Shown here piece by piece: positions 26,916 through 36,132 of a DNA stretch of 37,379 nucleotides. The stretch comes from an uncultured Pseudomonadales bacterium. GTDB lineage: Bacteria > Patescibacteriota > Microgenomatia > UBA1400 > CG1-02-47-37. The stretch spans positions 1 through 37,379 of the forward strand of contig CAZDQA010000003.1 of NCBI GenBank assembly GCA_964507605.1, given 5' to 3'. The notes below the pieces were generated by a model. That model saw only the letters and a list, made by a program, of their open reading frames with translations. It made no database searches and was not told where the DNA came from. Each line of letters begins with the position of its first letter. Positions within the stretch are counted from its first letter, which is position 1. The translations under genes were made by a program, and so were the position numbers.

Positions 26916-28541
26916 ATGGATAAATCTCCGGTAGTTTTAATTATCTTAGACGGCTGGGGAATTTCTGCTCCCGGCCCGGGCAACGCCATCACCAAAGCTC
27001 ACCTGCCTTACTTCCGCCAACTTCAGTCCGCCTATCCCTCCACCCAATTAATTGCTTCTGGCCAGGCAGTTGGTCTGCCTGCCGGAGAAGACGGCAACAC
27101 GGAAGTCGGCCACATTAATATCGGCGCCGGCCAAATTGTTTTCCAGGACCTGCCCCGGATTAATACCGCTATTGCTGATGGCTCTTTCTTTCAAAATCCT
27201 AATCTCCTTAAAGCAATCGAACATGTTAAAGCCAACCATTCCACTTTGCATTTAATGGGTTTAATTGGTTCCGGCGGCGTTCATGCCAACAATGAACATC
27301 TGTTTGCTTTAATCAAATTTGCCAAATTAAACAATATTCAAAAACTGGCCTTGCACTTATTCACTGACGGCCGCGATTCACCCCCGACCACTTCTCAAAT
27401 TTATTTAACCGAAGTTCAAAAACATTTAACCGATAATAACTTGGGAATTATTGCTTCTATTATTGGCCGCTATTATGCCCTGGACCGGGACTTCCGCTGG
27501 GAAAGAACGCAAAAAGCTTATGAATGCCTAACTCAAGGCATTGGCTTAAAAGCCTTTTCCGCTCAGCAGGCAGTCCAAAACTCTTACCACCAGCAAAAAA
27601 CCGACGAGTTTATCGAACCCACTGTCATTACTGATGGAAGCGGCACGCCTCTATCCTTAATCCAGGATAATGACGCCGTGATTTTCTATAACTTTCGGGT
27701 GGACCGTCCCCGCCAGCTGACCAAAGCTTTTGTTTTGCCTGATTTTGCCGCTCAGGCCAACCAGTTGGCTTTTGATCCTTTAGCCGACCGTTATCTTCAT
27801 AGCCATCTGCCTAGCAAAGCTTCTGTCAACCCGCCTTTCCTCCGCCAAAAATTGTTAACCAATCTTTTCTTCTTAACCATGACCGAATATCAAGCCAGCC
27901 TGCCGGTACCCGCAATTATTTTACCCCTGCATATCGAAATGCCTTTAAGTAGGATTCTCAGTGAAGCCAACATTCAGCAGTTAAAAATGTCGGAAACCGA
28001 AAAAGAGCGCTTCGTCACTTACTACTTCAACGGCCAGCGGGAACAGCCTTTTCAGGCCGAAGACTGGCTGATCATTCCTTCCCCTAAAATCGCCACTTAT
28101 GATTTACAGCCGGAAATGTCCACGCCTCAACTAACCACTGCTTTGATCAATAAGCTCAAAACCAGATTTTATCAGTTCATTGCCATTAATATCGCCTGTC
28201 CGGACATGGTCGCCCACACCGGCAACTTAGCCGCTACCATCAAGGCTTGCGAGGCTGTCGACGCTTTTCTGTCCCAAACCATTCCGGTTATTTTATCTCT
28301 TAACGGAACGGCAATTATTATTGCCGACCATGGCAATGCCGAAGAGTTAATCAATCTGCAAACCGGCCAAGTCGATACTGAACATTCAGCCAACCCTGTC
28401 CCTTTTATTATTGTCGGCCCTCAATTTCAGGGACAAACCAGAAAATTAAACCAGGGGATTTTAGCCGATGTTGCCCCGACAATTTTAAAACTATTAAACC
28501 TGCCCAAGCCTAATCAAATGACCGGCACCAGTTTAATTTGA
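26916..28541 (+). CDS. gpmI: 2,3-bisphosphoglycerate-independent phosphoglycerate mutase
   Basis: 541 aa. VLIILDGWG, GNTEVGH, FTDGRDS and ADHGNAE metal/phosphoserine motifs. Confidence 0.9.
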   Translation: MDKSPVVLIILDGWGISAPGPGNAITKAHLPYFRQLQSAYPSTQLIASGQAVGLPAGEDGNTEVGHINIGAGQIVFQDLPRINTAIADGSFFQNPNLLKAIEHVKANHSTLHLMGLIGSGGVHANNEHLFALIKFAKLNNIQKLALHLFTDGRDSPPTTSQIYLTEVQKHLTDNNLGIIASIIGRYYALDRDFRWERTQKAYECLTQGIGLKAFSAQQAVQNSYHQQKTDEFIEPTVITDGSGTPLSLIQDNDAVIFYNFRVDRPRQLTKAFVLPDFAAQANQLAFDPLADRYLHSHLPSKASVNPPFLRQKLLTNLFFLTMTEYQASLPVPAIILPLHIEMPLSRILSEANIQQLKMSETEKERFVTYYFNGQREQPFQAEDWLIIPSPKIATYDLQPEMSTPQLTTALINKLKTRFYQFIAINIACPDMVAHTGNLAATIKACEAVDAFLSQTIPVILSLNGTAIIIADHGNAEELINLQTGQVDTEHSANPVPFIIVGPQFQGQTRKLNQGILADVAPTILKLLNLPKPNQMTGTSLI

Positions 28542-28545
28542 ATTT

Positions 28546-30537
28546 ATGGATTTAACCAGTCTATTTTCGCCCCGATCCATTGCCTTAATCGGCGCCTCTG
28601 CCAACCAAAAAAAAATCGGCTTCCAAATTCTAGCCAAACTTCTTCAAACCAAATTGCCGGTTTTCCCCATCAACCCCCATGAATCTAAAATTTTAAACAC
28701 CCAGGCTTATCCTTCTATTCATGACGTGCCTGGTCCTGTTGATTTGGCAATTGTGGCCGTACCCGCCCCGATCGTCAACTTAGTTGTTCAGCAAGCCGGT
28801 GAAAAAAAAGTTAAATCTGTCGTGGTTATTTCCGCTGGTTTTTCTGAATCCGGCCCTGAAGGAAAAAAGCTGGAAGATAATTTAAAAAAAATCTGTCAAA
28901 CATACCAACTTAATCTTCTTGGTCCCAATGTTTTGGGTTTTGCCAATCCGAAAAAGAAATTAGACATTACTTTTGCCAAAACCGCCCCTCCAGCCGGCAA
29001 TATTGGTTTAATCTCTCAGTCAGGGGCCATCGGTTCATATCTTTTTGACTGGGCTAAGTCCGAGAGCCTCGGGTTCTCTAAATTTGTTTCTTTAGGCAAC
29101 CGCGCCGGCTTAACGGAAACTGACTTCTTAACTTATCTGGCCGCTGATCCCAATACCAAAGTTATCGGCTTGTACTTAGAATCATTTGCTGATGGTCAAA
29201 AGTTTTTGTCAGTTGCCAGTCAACTGGCTCGAAAAAAACCAGTGGTGGCGATTTTCGGCGGCCAAACCCAAGCCGGTAAGCAAGCCGCCTTCAGCCATAC
29301 GGCAGCCTTAAGTCCCCAAACAGCAGTGATTGAAACCGCTTTAAATCAGGCGGGCTGCATCCAGGCGCCTGACTTAGAAGCCTTTAGTGACCTGCTCGAG
29401 ATTTTTTCTTTAGAACCGCCCCTGACCGATAATGACTTGGTGATCGTTACCAATGCCGGCGGTCCGGGAATTTTAGCCGCTGACAAGGCCGACGAGGTCC
29501 GCTTAAAAGTGGAGCGGCCGACTGATGTTCGGGGCGACGCTTTGGCAGAGCAGTTCAACACGGCTTTCCAACAAGTGATTAAAGATAAGATTAAAGACGC
29601 TTTTTTAATTATTCTTACTCCACAAACTATGACTCAGCTGGAACTAACCTGTCAGGCAGTAGTGAAACAATTTAAACACATTAAAAAACCAATAGTCGTT
29701 TCTTTGTTAGGCGGAGAAATCACCGCTAAGGCTAAGGAGATTTTAAGAAAAAACCACATTGCTACTATCGACTTTCCCCAAAAGGCCGTTAACTACTTAA
29801 GCATTCTTTTCCAATATTGGCATAATCGTCTAAAGCAAACTACTTATCCGATAAGACAAAGCTCACTTATTAAAGCTTCCCCCCTCAACCTTCAACCAGG
29901 CCGGCAAACTTGGCAGCAAATTAAAACCTTAGCTAAAACTTATCATTTGCCTTTAGTCACCACTAAAATTGTTAAAGAAAATACCCTACTTCAATTAATT
30001 AAAGAGATTGGTTTCCCCTTAGTTTTAAAAGCTGATCCAACCGAAGCTTTGCATCGAACTGAAAAGAAAGCCTTGTTCCTTAATTTGAATTCTATTCAGG
30101 CCGTTAAAAAACACTTTAATCAATTAAAGTCACAGTTTAAAACCATTCTGATTCAGCCGCAAATCCTGGCAGGACACGAACTGTTTCTGGGTTTAAAACG
30201 CCATCCCGGCTTCCCCCCTTTATTAACCATTGGTTCCGGCGGGATTTACACAGAAATTTATCAGGATGTCGCCCATACTTTTTTACCTGTCAATAAAACC
30301 TCCGTCTTAAAACTATTAGCGCAAACCAAGCTCGGCCAGATCCTGCTGGGCACCCGGGGACTGGCGCCTACTAACGTCCGCCAGGTTATTGATTTAATTT
30401 TGAATGTTTCTCAATTAGCTCTGAACTTTCCCCAAATCGATGAAATTAACATTAACCCGGCCATTATTAATCAATCCAAAATAGACATTGTCGACATCAA
30501 AATCACAGCCTGCGAGGTCCGACCTCGCAGGCCCTAA
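28546..30537 (+). CDS. Acetate--CoA ligase (ADP-forming), fused alpha/beta type; last 9 codons run through a type-1 palindrome
   Basis: 663 aa. An N-terminal CoA-binding/succinyl-CoA-ligase-like part (SIALIGAS, GPN.LG, ISQSGA) and a C-terminal ATP-grasp part. The tail ACEVRPRRP is encoded by 30509-30531. Confidence 0.8.
   Translation: MDLTSLFSPRSIALIGASANQKKIGFQILAKLLQTKLPVFPINPHESKILNTQAYPSIHDVPGPVDLAIVAVPAPIVNLVVQQAGEKKVKSVVVISAGFSESGPEGKKLEDNLKKICQTYQLNLLGPNVLGFANPKKKLDITFAKTAPPAGNIGLISQSGAIGSYLFDWAKSESLGFSKFVSLGNRAGLTETDFLTYLAADPNTKVIGLYLESFADGQKFLSVASQLARKKPVVAIFGGQTQAGKQAAFSHTAALSPQTAVIETALNQAGCIQAPDLEAFSDLLEIFSLEPPLTDNDLVIVTNAGGPGILAADKADEVRLKVERPTDVRGDALAEQFNTAFQQVIKDKIKDAFLIILTPQTMTQLELTCQAVVKQFKHIKKPIVVSLLGGEITAKAKEILRKNHIATIDFPQKAVNYLSILFQYWHNRLKQTTYPIRQSSLIKASPLNLQPGRQTWQQIKTLAKTYHLPLVTTKIVKENTLLQLIKEIGFPLVLKADPTEALHRTEKKALFLNLNSIQAVKKHFNQLKSQFKTILIQPQILAGHELFLGLKRHPGFPPLLTIGSGGIYTEIYQDVAHTFLPVNKTSVLKLLAQTKLGQILLGTRGLAPTNVRQVIDLILNVSQLALNFPQIDEININPAIINQSKIDIVDIKITACEVRPRRP
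30509..30531. repeat. REP-like palindrome, type 1, copy d (at the ACD / rsmI convergent junction)
   Basis: CCTGCGAGGTC-C-GACCTCGCAGG, perfect and identical to copy b. It lies about 25 kb from RAYT1. Confidence 0.9.
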
Positions 30538-30541
30538 AACG

Positions 30542-31198
30542 CTAAAACATCAACACTATCTCACCTTTAATTTTTTTGTCCTTTAATTTCTCCAAAAGTT
30601 CTTCCGGTTTTCCTCTGATTACTTCTTCAAACTTCTTAGTTAATTCCCGGCAGATAACCACCTGTTTTTCCGGCATTAATTTTTGCAGTAACTCTAAAGT
30701 TTTAATTATTCTGTAAGGGGATTCATAAGCAACTACCGTATATTTTGCCTCTCTTAGTAATTTTTCTTTCTTCCCCGTTTTCTTGGGCAAAAAACCTAAA
30801 AACGTAAATTTATCAGTTGGCAAGCCGCTGACTACTAAAGCCGCTAATAACGCTGAAGCTCCGGGAATCGGTATAACCTGAATATTTTCTTTCACACATT
30901 CCCGCACTAATTTAAATCCCGGATCAGATACTAGGGGAGTTCCCGCATTGGTTACCAGGCCGACATTTTTACCTTCTTTTAGCCAGACGATTACTTGAGG
31001 GATTTTTTGTTCTTCTACCGGTTCGTAAAAACTAACTAATATTGGCAAAGGCTTAATCTGATAAAACTCCAGCAGTTGCTTAGTTTTTCTTGTATCTTCA
31101 CACAGAAGATAGTCAATTTGTTTTAAAACTGTAATCGCTCGTAAAGTAATATCCTGGCGGTTGCCGATCGGCGTTGACACTATATAAATTTCGGCCAT
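30542..31198 (-). CDS. rsmI: 16S rRNA (cytidine1402-2'-O)-methyltransferase
   Basis: 218 aa. STPIGNRQDITLRA, CEDTRKT and GTPLVSDPG motifs of the tetrapyrrole-methylase-fold RsmI. Short form. Confidence 0.85.
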   Translation of the reverse strand: MAEIYIVSTPIGNRQDITLRAITVLKQIDYLLCEDTRKTKQLLEFYQIKPLPILVSFYEPVEEQKIPQVIVWLKEGKNVGLVTNAGTPLVSDPGFKLVRECVKENIQVIPIPGASALLAALVVSGLPTDKFTFLGFLPKKTGKKEKLLREAKYTVVAYESPYRIIKTLELLQKLMPEKQVVICRELTKKFEEVIRGKPEELLEKLKDKKIKGEIVLMF

Positions 31199-31216
31199 AT
31201 AATAAGAGATTCTACC

Positions 31217-32776
31217 ATGAGCTTATTTAACCTCAAAATCAGCGGCGCGGCAGGAGAGGGAATCAAGGTCAGCGCTCTGATCTTTTTAAAAACCTGCTTT
31301 AAACAAGGCCTGTATGTTCATGGTTACACTGAATACCCCTCCTTAATCCGCGGCGGCTTAAACACTTTCCAGATTTGCGCCGCTATTCAACCAATCTTAG
31401 CCCCGGAAACAAAATTTGATCTGGAAATTTCCTTAAACGATTCGTCTTTGGGAAAACCAAAAAATATTTTTGCCGTCGGGCTTTCCTGTGCCAAATTAGG
31501 TTTAAAATTAGCCATTTTACAAACTGTAATTAAAGAAACTTTTGTCAAAAAAACTGCCGCTGTTATTAACCAAAATCTGGCTGCTGCTGAAAAAGGATAT
31601 CAGTCCTGCCAAAATCCGGCTAAACCGATTAACCAGCCGCCTTTAAAAAACCAAATTTTAGTCACCGGAAATGACGCGATCAGCTTAGGGGCTATTGCCG
31701 GCGGCATGAAATTTTTTACTGCTTACCCCATGACCCCGGCTACCTCCATTCTTCACTTTTTGGCCGCTAAAGCTAAAGCGGCTCAGATCGTCGTCCGCCA
31801 CGGCGAAGATGAAATCGGCGTTATTAATATGGCCTTGGGTGCTTCTTTTGCCGGTGTTAGAAGTATGGTGGCTACTTCCGGCGGTGGTTTTTCTTTAATG
31901 AATGAAGCGCTTGGTCTGGCCGGAGTTACGGAAACGCCGCTGGTCATCGTTAACGCCATGCGGCCCGGCCCGGCCACCGGAATGCCCACCTGGACCGGCC
32001 AAGGCGATCTCTTGTTTGCTATTCATGCTTCCCAGGATGAATTTCCCCGCATCGTCCTTACCCCGGGCGATCCGGAAGAAGCTTTTATTTTAACCAAGAA
32101 AGCCCAAAATCTGGCGGAAAAATACCAGCTGCCGGTCATTATTTTAACTGATAAGTATCTGGGAGAATCTTACTTTACTTTTAATAAACCTAAGGTTAAA
32201 CAAACCAATCAGCGTTTTGGTTTTAGCCGCCTCCAAAACCCGGACTCCGCTATTCCTTTCCCAAGATACGCCGACTCTGCCATTGGTGTTTCCTTAAGAA
32301 CTATTCCCGGCCAGCTTGGCGGCGTCCATTTAGCCAACAGTTATGAACATGATCAATATGGTTATGCTACTGAAAACTCCGGCGAACGGACTAAGCAAGT
32401 TAATAAGCGCGCCAGAAAAATTTCCGCCATCCTCAATGATCCTGAATTAACCAAACCGATTCTTTACGGTCCTAAGTCCGTCTCCACCACTATCATTTCC
32501 TGGGGTTCCAACAAAGGCAGTATTTTAACCGCTTTGCCATCACTTCCCAACACTAACTTTCTTCATTTCCCCTGGGTTTGGCCCTTTCCCAAACAAGAGT
32601 TTCTCAGTCTCATCAAAAACTCAACCAAGTTAATTACGCTCGAATGCAACTCCACCGGCCAACTTAACCAACTAATCAGCCAGGTTACCGGTATTCAAAT
32701 TAAAAATCAAATTTTAAAATATGACGGACGGCCGTTTTTTCCTGATGAAATCATTAATCATGTAAAGCAAATATGA
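31217..32776 (+). CDS. 2-oxoacid:ferredoxin oxidoreductase, fused gamma-alpha subunit
   Basis: 519 aa. An N-terminal gamma-like segment (ISGAAGEGIK) is followed by the alpha core (AYPMTPATSIL, GGGFSLM). 2-oxoacid specificity (pyruvate versus 2-oxoglutarate) is not determinable by eye. Confidence 0.8.
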   Translation: MSLFNLKISGAAGEGIKVSALIFLKTCFKQGLYVHGYTEYPSLIRGGLNTFQICAAIQPILAPETKFDLEISLNDSSLGKPKNIFAVGLSCAKLGLKLAILQTVIKETFVKKTAAVINQNLAAAEKGYQSCQNPAKPINQPPLKNQILVTGNDAISLGAIAGGMKFFTAYPMTPATSILHFLAAKAKAAQIVVRHGEDEIGVINMALGASFAGVRSMVATSGGGFSLMNEALGLAGVTETPLVIVNAMRPGPATGMPTWTGQGDLLFAIHASQDEFPRIVLTPGDPEEAFILTKKAQNLAEKYQLPVIILTDKYLGESYFTFNKPKVKQTNQRFGFSRLQNPDSAIPFPRYADSAIGVSLRTIPGQLGGVHLANSYEHDQYGYATENSGERTKQVNKRARKISAILNDPELTKPILYGPKSVSTTIISWGSNKGSILTALPSLPNTNFLHFPWVWPFPKQEFLSLIKNSTKLITLECNSTGQLNQLISQVTGIQIKNQILKYDGRPFFPDEIINHVKQI

Positions 32777-33600
32777 CAAAGCGAACGACTAAAATAAACC
32801 CTACCTGGTGTCCCGGCTGCGGCAACTTTGGCATTCTCGGCGCCCTTAAACTCGCCCTGGACCAGCTCAATATTTTACCACATCAGCTGGCCTGTGTTTA
32901 TGACATCGGCTGTTCCGGCAACATGGCTGATTTTACTTATGCCTATGGCTTCCACAGCCTCCATGGCCGGGCCCTGCCGGTCGCCGCCGGCATTAAACTG
33001 GCCAATCCTAAAATTCCGGTCATTGCCATTATCGGCGACGGCGGCTGTTTTGGCGAAGGCCTGGGCCATTTTATTTCCCTGGCGCGGGGCAACCATGACA
33101 TTGTTGTCTTAAACCACAACAACTATCGCTACAGCTTGACTACCGGCCAAATGTCTCCCACCACCAAAAAGGGGACTGTTACCCCCAGCACCCCCGCCGG
33201 TTCAATTGAAGAAGCTTTTAATCCGCTGGCCAACGCCATTATTAATCACGCTACCTTTGCCGCCCGCGGCTTTAGCGGCAACATTCCTCACTTATCTGCC
33301 TTAATTGTCAGCGCCATTAAACACCCTGGCTTCTCCTTTATCGACATTCTCCAGCCCTGCGTCACTTATAACAAAACCATGTCTTATGATTGGTTTAGAA
33401 ACCGCCTTTACCAGCTTGAGCAAACCGAGCATGATCCTGCCAATAAAACCGCAGCTTTGCAAAAAGCCTTAGAAATCGACCGTCTGCCAATTGGAATTTT
33501 CTACCAAGCTAACAAACCCACTTACCACGAACAAGTTTTACCGCCAATCTCCACCACTTTAGCCGAAGCTGATATTTCCTCCCTTAATTTGCCGAGTTGA
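32773..33600 (+). CDS. 2-oxoacid:ferredoxin oxidoreductase, beta (TPP-binding) subunit
   Basis: 275 aa. WCPGCGNFGI Cys motif and IIGDGGCFGEG TPP-binding motif. Overlaps the alpha stop by 4 nt. Confidence 0.85.
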   Translation: MTKRTTKINPTWCPGCGNFGILGALKLALDQLNILPHQLACVYDIGCSGNMADFTYAYGFHSLHGRALPVAAGIKLANPKIPVIAIIGDGGCFGEGLGHFISLARGNHDIVVLNHNNYRYSLTTGQMSPTTKKGTVTPSTPAGSIEEAFNPLANAIINHATFAARGFSGNIPHLSALIVSAIKHPGFSFIDILQPCVTYNKTMSYDWFRNRLYQLEQTEHDPANKTAALQKALEIDRLPIGIFYQANKPTYHEQVLPPISTTLAEADISSLNLPS

Positions 33601-34210
33601 ACTTTCTGATTACCCCGACTACTTTGCCTTGGACTTTGACATTAGTGGCGTAAATCGGGCTCATATTGGAATTCGCCGGTTCCAACCTGATCCGGGTCGC
33701 TTCTTTAAAAAACCGCTTTAAGGTCGCCAGTCCATTTTCCAATAACGCCACCACAATATCGCCGTTAACCGCTTCCTGTTCTTCTTCCACCACCACATAA
33801 TCGCCGTCCAAAATGCCTTCGTCAATCATTGATTCGCCTTTGACCTGGAGCACGAACGAACGTTTTTTCCCGCTGACCATCTGCGGCGAAACGCTGAAGC
33901 TGGCATTCGGATCAGTGTACGGCTCAATCGGTTTGCCGGCCGCAATGTAACCCAAAATCGGCAAAGTTAAACCGGCGCTGTCATCTGAATACCGAGGATC
34001 GGCAATCTCCAAACCCCGCACCGCTCCTTCATATTTTTTCAACACTCCTTTCCTGACTAAAGTGGCAATATGTTCATGCACTGTTGCCAAAGAAGACAGG
34101 CTCATCGAAGTGGCAATTTCCTGTAAAGTCGGGGAGTGCCCGTGCGATTGAATATATTGACTGACAAAATCGATTAATTGTTTTTGGCGTTTATAAAGTG
34201 TTACGGGCAT
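33584..34210 (-). CDS. lexA: LexA repressor
   Basis: 208 aa. An N-terminal winged HTH (SPTLQEIA), the cleavage region (YIAAG), Ser in GESM and Lys in ATLKRF. Confidence 0.9.
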   Translation of the reverse strand: MPVTLYKRQKQLIDFVSQYIQSHGHSPTLQEIATSMSLSSLATVHEHIATLVRKGVLKKYEGAVRGLEIADPRYSDDSAGLTLPILGYIAAGKPIEPYTDPNASFSVSPQMVSGKKRSFVLQVKGESMIDEGILDGDYVVVEEEQEAVNGDIVVALLENGLATLKRFFKEATRIRLEPANSNMSPIYATNVKVQGKVVGVIRKFNSAN

Positions 34211-34237
34211 AAAAATCCTTTCTCCCCACTTCGTATC

Positions 34238-34267
34238 ATCTTAGCCCGAACAAAAACCGCATGTCAA
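34238..34267 (-). promoter_or_regulatory. Candidate lexA promoter (TTGACA-18-TAAGAT)
   Basis: The minus strand reads TTGACA (34267-34262), an 18-nt spacer and TAAGAT (34243-34238). About 27 nt of leader with a GGGGAGAAAGG SD precedes the ATG. Confidence 0.5.
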
Positions 34268-34274
34268 GTACATG
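34260..34274. promoter_or_regulatory. Inverted repeat CATGT-N5-ACATG overlapping the lexA -35 box: candidate operator
   Basis: CATGTCAAGTACATG. It covers the lexA -35 hexamer and abuts the TGtTACAAT box of the divergent gene. A third ACATG lies at 34286-34290. Confidence 0.3.
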
Positions 34275-34287
34275 TTACAATAAAAAC

Positions 34288-36132
34288 ATGCTTAAACGCT
34301 TAATCCTGATTTTATTTTTATTATTTCTCTTACCTGGCCGGATTCTGGCCCAGGCAGAATTTGTGACCGATTACACCGTTGATTATACTGTTAAAAGCAA
34401 CGGCCTCACCCATGCGAAATTAAGCATTTCCCTTACCAATCAACTGTCCAATATCTATGCCAAAGAATTTACCTTATCCATCGGCTCCACTAAGCTGACC
34501 AATATTATTATTTACAATTCTGCCGGCACCTTGGAACCCAACATTGTTCAAGGCGACAAAACTACCAACATTACCGTCCCTTTTAAAGATAAAGTTTTAG
34601 GTAAAGATAAAGCTCAAACCTTCACCCTGGAATTCGACTCGGCTGACTTTAGCCATCGCTTGGGATCGGTTTGGGAAATTTCTATCCCCCGTTTGTCCAA
34701 AACCGACAACTTAAGAAGTTATCAGCTGTCTTTAATTATTCCCAACAGTTTTGGCCGGCCGGCCACAATTACCCCCGTCCCAACCAGTATCACCCCGATT
34801 GACAGCACGACGGTTTACCGTTTTAAACCGGAAGATTTATTTCAAAAGGGGATTGCCGCCACCTTCGGCCAGATCCAGCACTTTGATTTTAAAATTCTTT
34901 ACCACTTGAATAATGCCAATCTTTATCCGATTAAAACCGAGATCGCCTTGCCTCCGGACACTCCTTTTCAAACAATCATTTATCAAACCATAAACCCTCC
35001 GCCGGAAACCATCACTCTAGATCCTGACGGCAACTGGCTGGCCCAATACCCGCTGGCCGCCAAACAAAGTTTAGATATTATTGCCACCGGTTCAGCCGAA
35101 ATTAATCTTCAGCCCAAAACCGACTTTCCCCAGGAAACTTTGAACTCCGCGGTTAATTATTTTTCCCCGCAAAAATATTGGGAAAGTACTAACCCTAAAA
35201 TTATCAAGCTGGCTTCAGAGCTGGGAACCCCGCAAAAAATCTATCAGTATGTGGTCGACAACTTAATCTATGACTACGGCCGTTTATCGGAAAATACTAC
35301 CCGGTTTGGCGCTGCCAATGCTTTGGATAATCCCACTTCCGCTGTCTGTATGGAGTTTACCGACCTGTTTATTGCCTTGGCCCGGGCCAGTCAAATTCCT
35401 GCCCGCTCAGTTAATGGTTTTGCTTACACCACCAACTCCAGTCTCCGGCCTTTAAGCTTAAAAAAAGATGTTTTACACGCCTGGCCTGAATACTTTGACC
35501 CGGATAAAAACTTATGGATTCCTATCGATCCCACCTGGGGCAATACCACCGGCGGTGTTGACTTTTTTAACCAAAATGATTTAAACCACTTTGCCTTTGT
35601 CTTTCAGGGCCAGGACAGCCAGTATCCCATCCCGGCCGGCGCCTATAAAACCGATGACCAGCAAACAAAAGATGTCGAAGTTAGTTTTGGCCGGCCCTTG
35701 TCTCATCTGCCTCAGACCAGCTTAATCATTGATCTCCCGGATAAATTTTTGGCCGGAGTCCCTTTAAAAGGCAGTCTGATTTTAAAAAACATTGGCAATA
35801 TTGCCTTATACAACCAAACAGTCAGGCTTTCTGCCGCTAAAATGAAATTAACTCAGGACCAATGGACCATTGCTTTTCTAGCGCCGTTTAGCCAAGTATC
35901 CCTACCCTTAGAAATTCCTCCCACCGGCTGGAACCAGACCTTTACCGACTATCTGCAGGCCGAATCTGAACTGTCCTCCACCCAGCATTCTTTAATTATC
36001 ACTCCTGCTTACCGTTTGATTGTCACCAATCCGAAATTTAAATTTTATCTTATTTTAGCCGGCTCAATCATCGTTCTGTTGATTGTGTTAAAATTAATTT
36101 ATGAAAGATTTCTTGCGCCAAAGCCTCATTAA
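34288..36132 (+). CDS. Transglutaminase-core domain envelope protein (N-terminal signal/anchor, C-terminal TM helix)
   Basis: Cys-His-Asp core: CMEFTDLFIALARA, HAWPEYF and IPIDPTWG. The start is placed at MLKRLILILF (34288), 6 nt after an extended -10 (TGtTACAAT, 34273-34281). The tracked start at 34261 would sit on the lexA promoter. Confidence 0.75.
   Translation: MLKRLILILFLLFLLPGRILAQAEFVTDYTVDYTVKSNGLTHAKLSISLTNQLSNIYAKEFTLSIGSTKLTNIIIYNSAGTLEPNIVQGDKTTNITVPFKDKVLGKDKAQTFTLEFDSADFSHRLGSVWEISIPRLSKTDNLRSYQLSLIIPNSFGRPATITPVPTSITPIDSTTVYRFKPEDLFQKGIAATFGQIQHFDFKILYHLNNANLYPIKTEIALPPDTPFQTIIYQTINPPPETITLDPDGNWLAQYPLAAKQSLDIIATGSAEINLQPKTDFPQETLNSAVNYFSPQKYWESTNPKIIKLASELGTPQKIYQYVVDNLIYDYGRLSENTTRFGAANALDNPTSAVCMEFTDLFIALARASQIPARSVNGFAYTTNSSLRPLSLKKDVLHAWPEYFDPDKNLWIPIDPTWGNTTGGVDFFNQNDLNHFAFVFQGQDSQYPIPAGAYKTDDQQTKDVEVSFGRPLSHLPQTSLIIDLPDKFLAGVPLKGSLILKNIGNIALYNQTVRLSAAKMKLTQDQWTIAFLAPFSQVSLPLEIPPTGWNQTFTDYLQAESELSSTQHSLIITPAYRLIVTNPKFKFYLILAGSIIVLLIVLKLIYERFLAPKPH

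Noticed and set aside
30534-30548. A tandem direct repeat CTAAAAC-G-CTAAAAC immediately after the palindrome at 30509, considered as a possible target-site duplication.
   Set aside because: Both copies lie on the same side of the palindrome rather than flanking it. They coincide with the two convergent stop codons (TAA of ACD, CTA of rsmI), so they are probably coincidental.
34247-34260. CGAACAAAAACCGC upstream of lexA, considered as a Gram-positive type LexA box (CGAAC-N4-GTTCG).
   Set aside because: Only the left half-site matches and the right half (ACCGC) does not. It is kept only as a remark under the lexA operator finding.
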